Assembly (NCBI RefSeq): GCF_964204645.1
Contig: NC_134025.1
Span: 17,521,101 to 17,585,100 of the forward strand
Length of the DNA stretch: 64,000 bases
Source: Tubulanus polymorphus
Lineage: Eukaryota; Animalia; Nemertea
Direction of reading: 5' to 3'
Made by a program: the position numbers and the translations under genes. The notes under the pieces are model-generated. The model saw nothing but the letters and a program-made list of their open reading frames with translations. It did not search any database and had not been told where the DNA came from. The first letter of the stretch is position 1, and each line of letters opens with the position of its first letter. This document shows positions 60,264 through 64,000 of the stretch, piece by piece.

Positions 60264-63200
60264 ATTAGGGTTTTCGGTTACATCACAGAAATTCGCATGT
60301 TTATTATTATTATTGACAATTGACGTCAAAACTGCAAAGGCTTTCTTACATAACCGCTGTTCCGATACAATCCGTTTTATTTCATTTAGCTCACTTCGAT
60401 CTATAGATACTGCATGGGAATTTCGATGAATCAAAGTTACAAAAGCACTGTTGGGCCGTAAACATCGAAAATTGAGCCCCATTGAATAAGGCAACATGTT
60501 TTTCTGAGTCGTCATCCCGAAATCCACTGCAGGCTGCTCACTTACATTATCAATTCAAGTATAAATAAACAAATTTATTGCCACAAGACTTCACTTTCAG
60601 CCGCGGTCTTCAAACAGTAATTTTAACTATTTTCTTCATTGCTACACTTTATTGATCCATAGGATATTTACTACTCTAAATATTATACGCACTGTTGAGC
60701 TGTAAAGATCGACGAATCAACGTGTGTCTTTACATCGTCGTTCCATGGATCTGCAGCAAGGTTTCCTTGCCATGAGAATCAAATCAAGTACAAATAAATT
60801 TATTACTCCCACTGATTTGGCAGCGGGCTTCAAAGAGACAGTCAAACAATATTCTAATTTCCTTTACTAAATTTTCCGGATATTTACTATGATGAATTAT
60901 TTAAGTACCGGCACCAGTCGTAGGCCTTAACTAAACACGCCAAACAGATGCAGCGGAGAAAAGCTGTAGTGTTGATGAGGTATCAAAATGAATGAATTTA
61001 TTACTACCAGTGATTCGACTGCTGACTTCAACCAATCAATATTCTAGTTGTCCTACAGTACATACCGATTTTACCAAATCCACAGGTCATTTACTAAATA
61101 CCTGTTTATAACACATTCTTATCCATGAGCTGAACTCACGCTTGATATTCGGATTCAGTGTTTCCAATACCCCAGGTGATAGAAGATCGTTTCTAGGCAG
61201 CTTGAAGTGTTTATTGAGGTCCTAAGCGACCTTTGGGTCTACGTTCTTTACTTTTTTAAACAAACACAATATAATTGTTGTGTTTATTAACAGAAACATG
61301 GATTGAACTTCAAACAAAATTTGCAATAGAAAATCCGGCAAGATTGCCAAGGCACGTAGTACAAAAGATTTGTTTCTTCATCCAAAAATGAAATTGATTT
61401 TACAAATGGAATACACCCTGAGACCCAACCCTATAATATAAAGGTGTAGGAATACAATGTTTAGGAAAGCTAAAGCGCAATAGGCCTAAGCCTCCTCTGT
61501 CGGGATGCTAGGCCTACGCGCATACGTAGGCCTACATAGGCTAAACAAGAGGCCCCAAGGCCTTGAAGCATTGGTAGATTATACTGTGGTATTAAGTGGT
61601 TATAATGTTTTACATCTGCCGGCAAATCTTCTATGACGATGTTGATTGGGAGGACCACAGACTTAAAGGTCTATTTGTCTAGTACGATTTTATTCCTGAA
61701 AATGAATTTATTTTCTGCCCAACGATTTAGCCTAGGCTAATTGTACTGTTAAACCTCATTAATGCGATTCTGTTAAAAAGACGAAACTAGTTTATTCTGA
61801 TGTTTTCCATCATGTCCCAGCCAAGATATTTATATCAATAAAGATTTGGATACAAAAACCCATTTTTACGCATGAACTGTTAGGCCCCACTGAATAATGA
61901 AAACAAAAATAGAACGATTTTTCTGAATGCAATTGCAAGACCCTCTGATCTTAGAGCTCCAAGCTCTAATGCATGTACGCATGCAAAACGTCACAGAGAG
62001 CGATGCCGACGTTGGTGTCACTGAGGCCGGCTGATGATTGTTTGTTTGTCTTTTTGTTTGTTTGGCTTTACATACGTCGTTTGGATCTTGGTTTCCCAAG
62101 ACTATTCCTATTGGATTTAACCTCACGACGGTACGGCCTTTGAAGTGTTGCCCGCACACTGTTCGCAGCCAGCAGGACTCGAACCCACTTGTCACTCAGC
62201 ATTGATAGTGGATTCAACAGCAACACGCCTTATCTCACTGAGCTACCGAGGCCGTTCCATTCAATTCCAAAAAAACTACAGCAGCGGCAAATAACCATCG
62301 CAATATTGCAATTTACGACAAACAACGCGTAAATTCAATCACTGTTGTTTAACGCATGGAAGAGATAATAAAAGGTATTTTTTCCCGGCGCGCATTACAC
62401 AGCGAATCTCTGCCGAGTGCGTAAGAGGGTGCTACCGCCTTATGAGTGCGCAGCAGGCAGGTAGTGCATCCTGAAGTGAAAACTTAAATTAGAATATAGC
62501 CGAATCGATTTTTACAATGTCAGTCAACTGATTGATGATACAACATGGTTGTTCTCGGCGTTCTTAACAGTAATATTTTCAAATAAACAACTCTGGTAAA
62601 TTGAATAAAATGACCTATCTTTATCGGTGATATCGTATCATGGTGGTAGCCTACCGTTTACCGCTTGATGTTTCGTGTCATCATGAAATGGTTTTAGCTT
62701 TAGTAAAGGCGTTCCCGCACGATCACATACGAGTAGGCTGCCGTTCCACTGCTCTAGAAATACGTATTTTGACGCTGATAATTAATCCCAAATAATCCCA
62801 TGAATACTAATGATAGTTGGAATAACAGTGATATCCAAACACTGTGATATTTATAAACCGGAGGTACATAATTTTATGTTTTTCTATTCAGAAGAGGCTG
62901 TTCCCCATTCTTTACTGCCAATGTCAATGCGGACATATCGCTACGCGATTGTTTAACCCGCTCTCATCTACCAGATAATGAACGAGAAAAATGCGATCCA
63001 ATAACTTTTTGGACCATTAAATCAGAAATCTGGCAACGCTATGTTGTGGTGAATAATTGAAACATTTTTTTTATAGTCATTTTTAGCTGTTTCTAATGTT
63101 TTACGTGAACGGAGTGACAATTTGAAGTTACTATGAAAATGAGAAGAGTCGGCGCTATTTTTTCGTACTACTATTTTCGATCCATTTTATTAGCATTGGC

Positions 63201-64000
63201 ATGACGTCATAGACGTCAACCAATGCTAAAAATGAAGATTTCTTTTGAAAAGCTTAGCATTTGTCTGAGCAAGCTTTATCACCCAGAGTTGTTCATTTGA
63301 AGTTTTTCATCAATAATGAACCTCGTATTTAATTCATTCCTGATGACTTAAGTTACTAAAAAGCCCCGGATGACAAGACCTCTTTTTTGTTTGGACCTTT
63401 TTGTTCAAACAAATTTTTGTGTCAGAGCTTTTTCGTTTGTACCGACAATTTTTATTCGGTCGACAAGATAGATTTCATTAGAACAAAACTTTTGTGAAAA
63501 ATTCGTTAAAAAAAATTGTTTTCGCTCAACAAATGTTTTTGGCGGGACCAAAAGTTTTTCGTTCGAACAAAAAGTGTATTGTTCGATCAAACATAATTGT
63601 TTTCATTCGAACTAAATTTTCTCGTCGAAAAATTAAGTTTTTCGTTCAAACAAGTAAATTGTACCATCGATTAGTTTTTCATTCCAAAGAAAAAAGATGT
63701 TCGTGGAACTAAATGGTCTTTTCGTTATAATGAGTAATCTTCATTCGATCAAAATAATCTTCTCACTCAAAAACACAAAGGTAAAATATGCCCCTGGGTT
63801 TTCTATGTATCCATATTCATATCATACCTTTTTAGGTTGAAGTTTATTTTGTTATGTTTTTGACCATGTACGGGATAAACTTGTTTAGGTCATTTTGGAA
63901 ATTTACTCGCCCCTGTACATTTCGGATTACTCTGTAAATCATTTATCAGGACTGTGAAGAGAAGACCACTTTGGATACTACCTTGAGTGACTCCACTAGT
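60264..64000 (+). mobile_element. Composite HINE (copy 3, more diverged; runs off the window), with nested repeats at 61545-63240
   Basis: 60264-61545 is homologous to 9215-10420; 63340-64000 is homologous to 12475-13110, including the RT fragment. Confidence 0.7.
62036..62255 (-). mobile_element. tRNA-derived SINE
   Basis: A-box GGTAGCTCAGTGAG, B-box GGGTTCGAGTCC, (CAAA)n-like tail. Confidence 0.6.

Noticed and set aside
62160-62255. tRNA gene
   Set aside because: A and B boxes are present, but there is no convincing cloverleaf and it is followed by a SINE body and tail. The B-box motifs at 23270, 29120, 29597 and 50107 fail for the same lack of a cloverleaf.

Overview
AT-rich genomic DNA from an animal, probably a marine invertebrate: it has spliceosomal introns, metazoan TE families and a TRAK/Milton gene. 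It is not prokaryotic. (1) Bases 1-15.8 kb hold the right part of a decayed Polinton/Maverick (adintovirus-type) endogenous virus. It has an intact major capsid ORF, broken packaging ATPase and rve-integrase+chromodomain genes, an NCLDV-type HNH endonuclease, zinc-finger ORFs, and a 132-bp hairpin at its apparent end. (2) Bases 16.4-35.0 kb are a five-level TE nest: Sola-type DNA transposon > Helentron-like element > direct-repeat element with a zinc-knuckle/ubiquitin-like ORF > CR1/L2 LINE > intact Harbinger with interlaced antisense genes. (3) Three in-phase exons of the host TRAK/Milton gene lie on the minus strand at 38.9-42.0 kb. (4) Bases 42.8-59.8 kb are a non-autonomous 'mini' relative of the virus, about 4.3 kb once nested inserts are removed. 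It has ~1.1 kb inverted ends carrying the same hairpin core and is filled with Helentron-type (HINE) elements and a second intact Harbinger. The most interesting signals are the conserved terminal hairpins whose arms differ between elements but still pair, the mini-element, the ATAAATG start motif on viral genes, GTACGA palindrome arrays, and a Helentron derivative spreading a captured LINE RT fragment. All family assignments come from motif recognition by eye; no searches were run.
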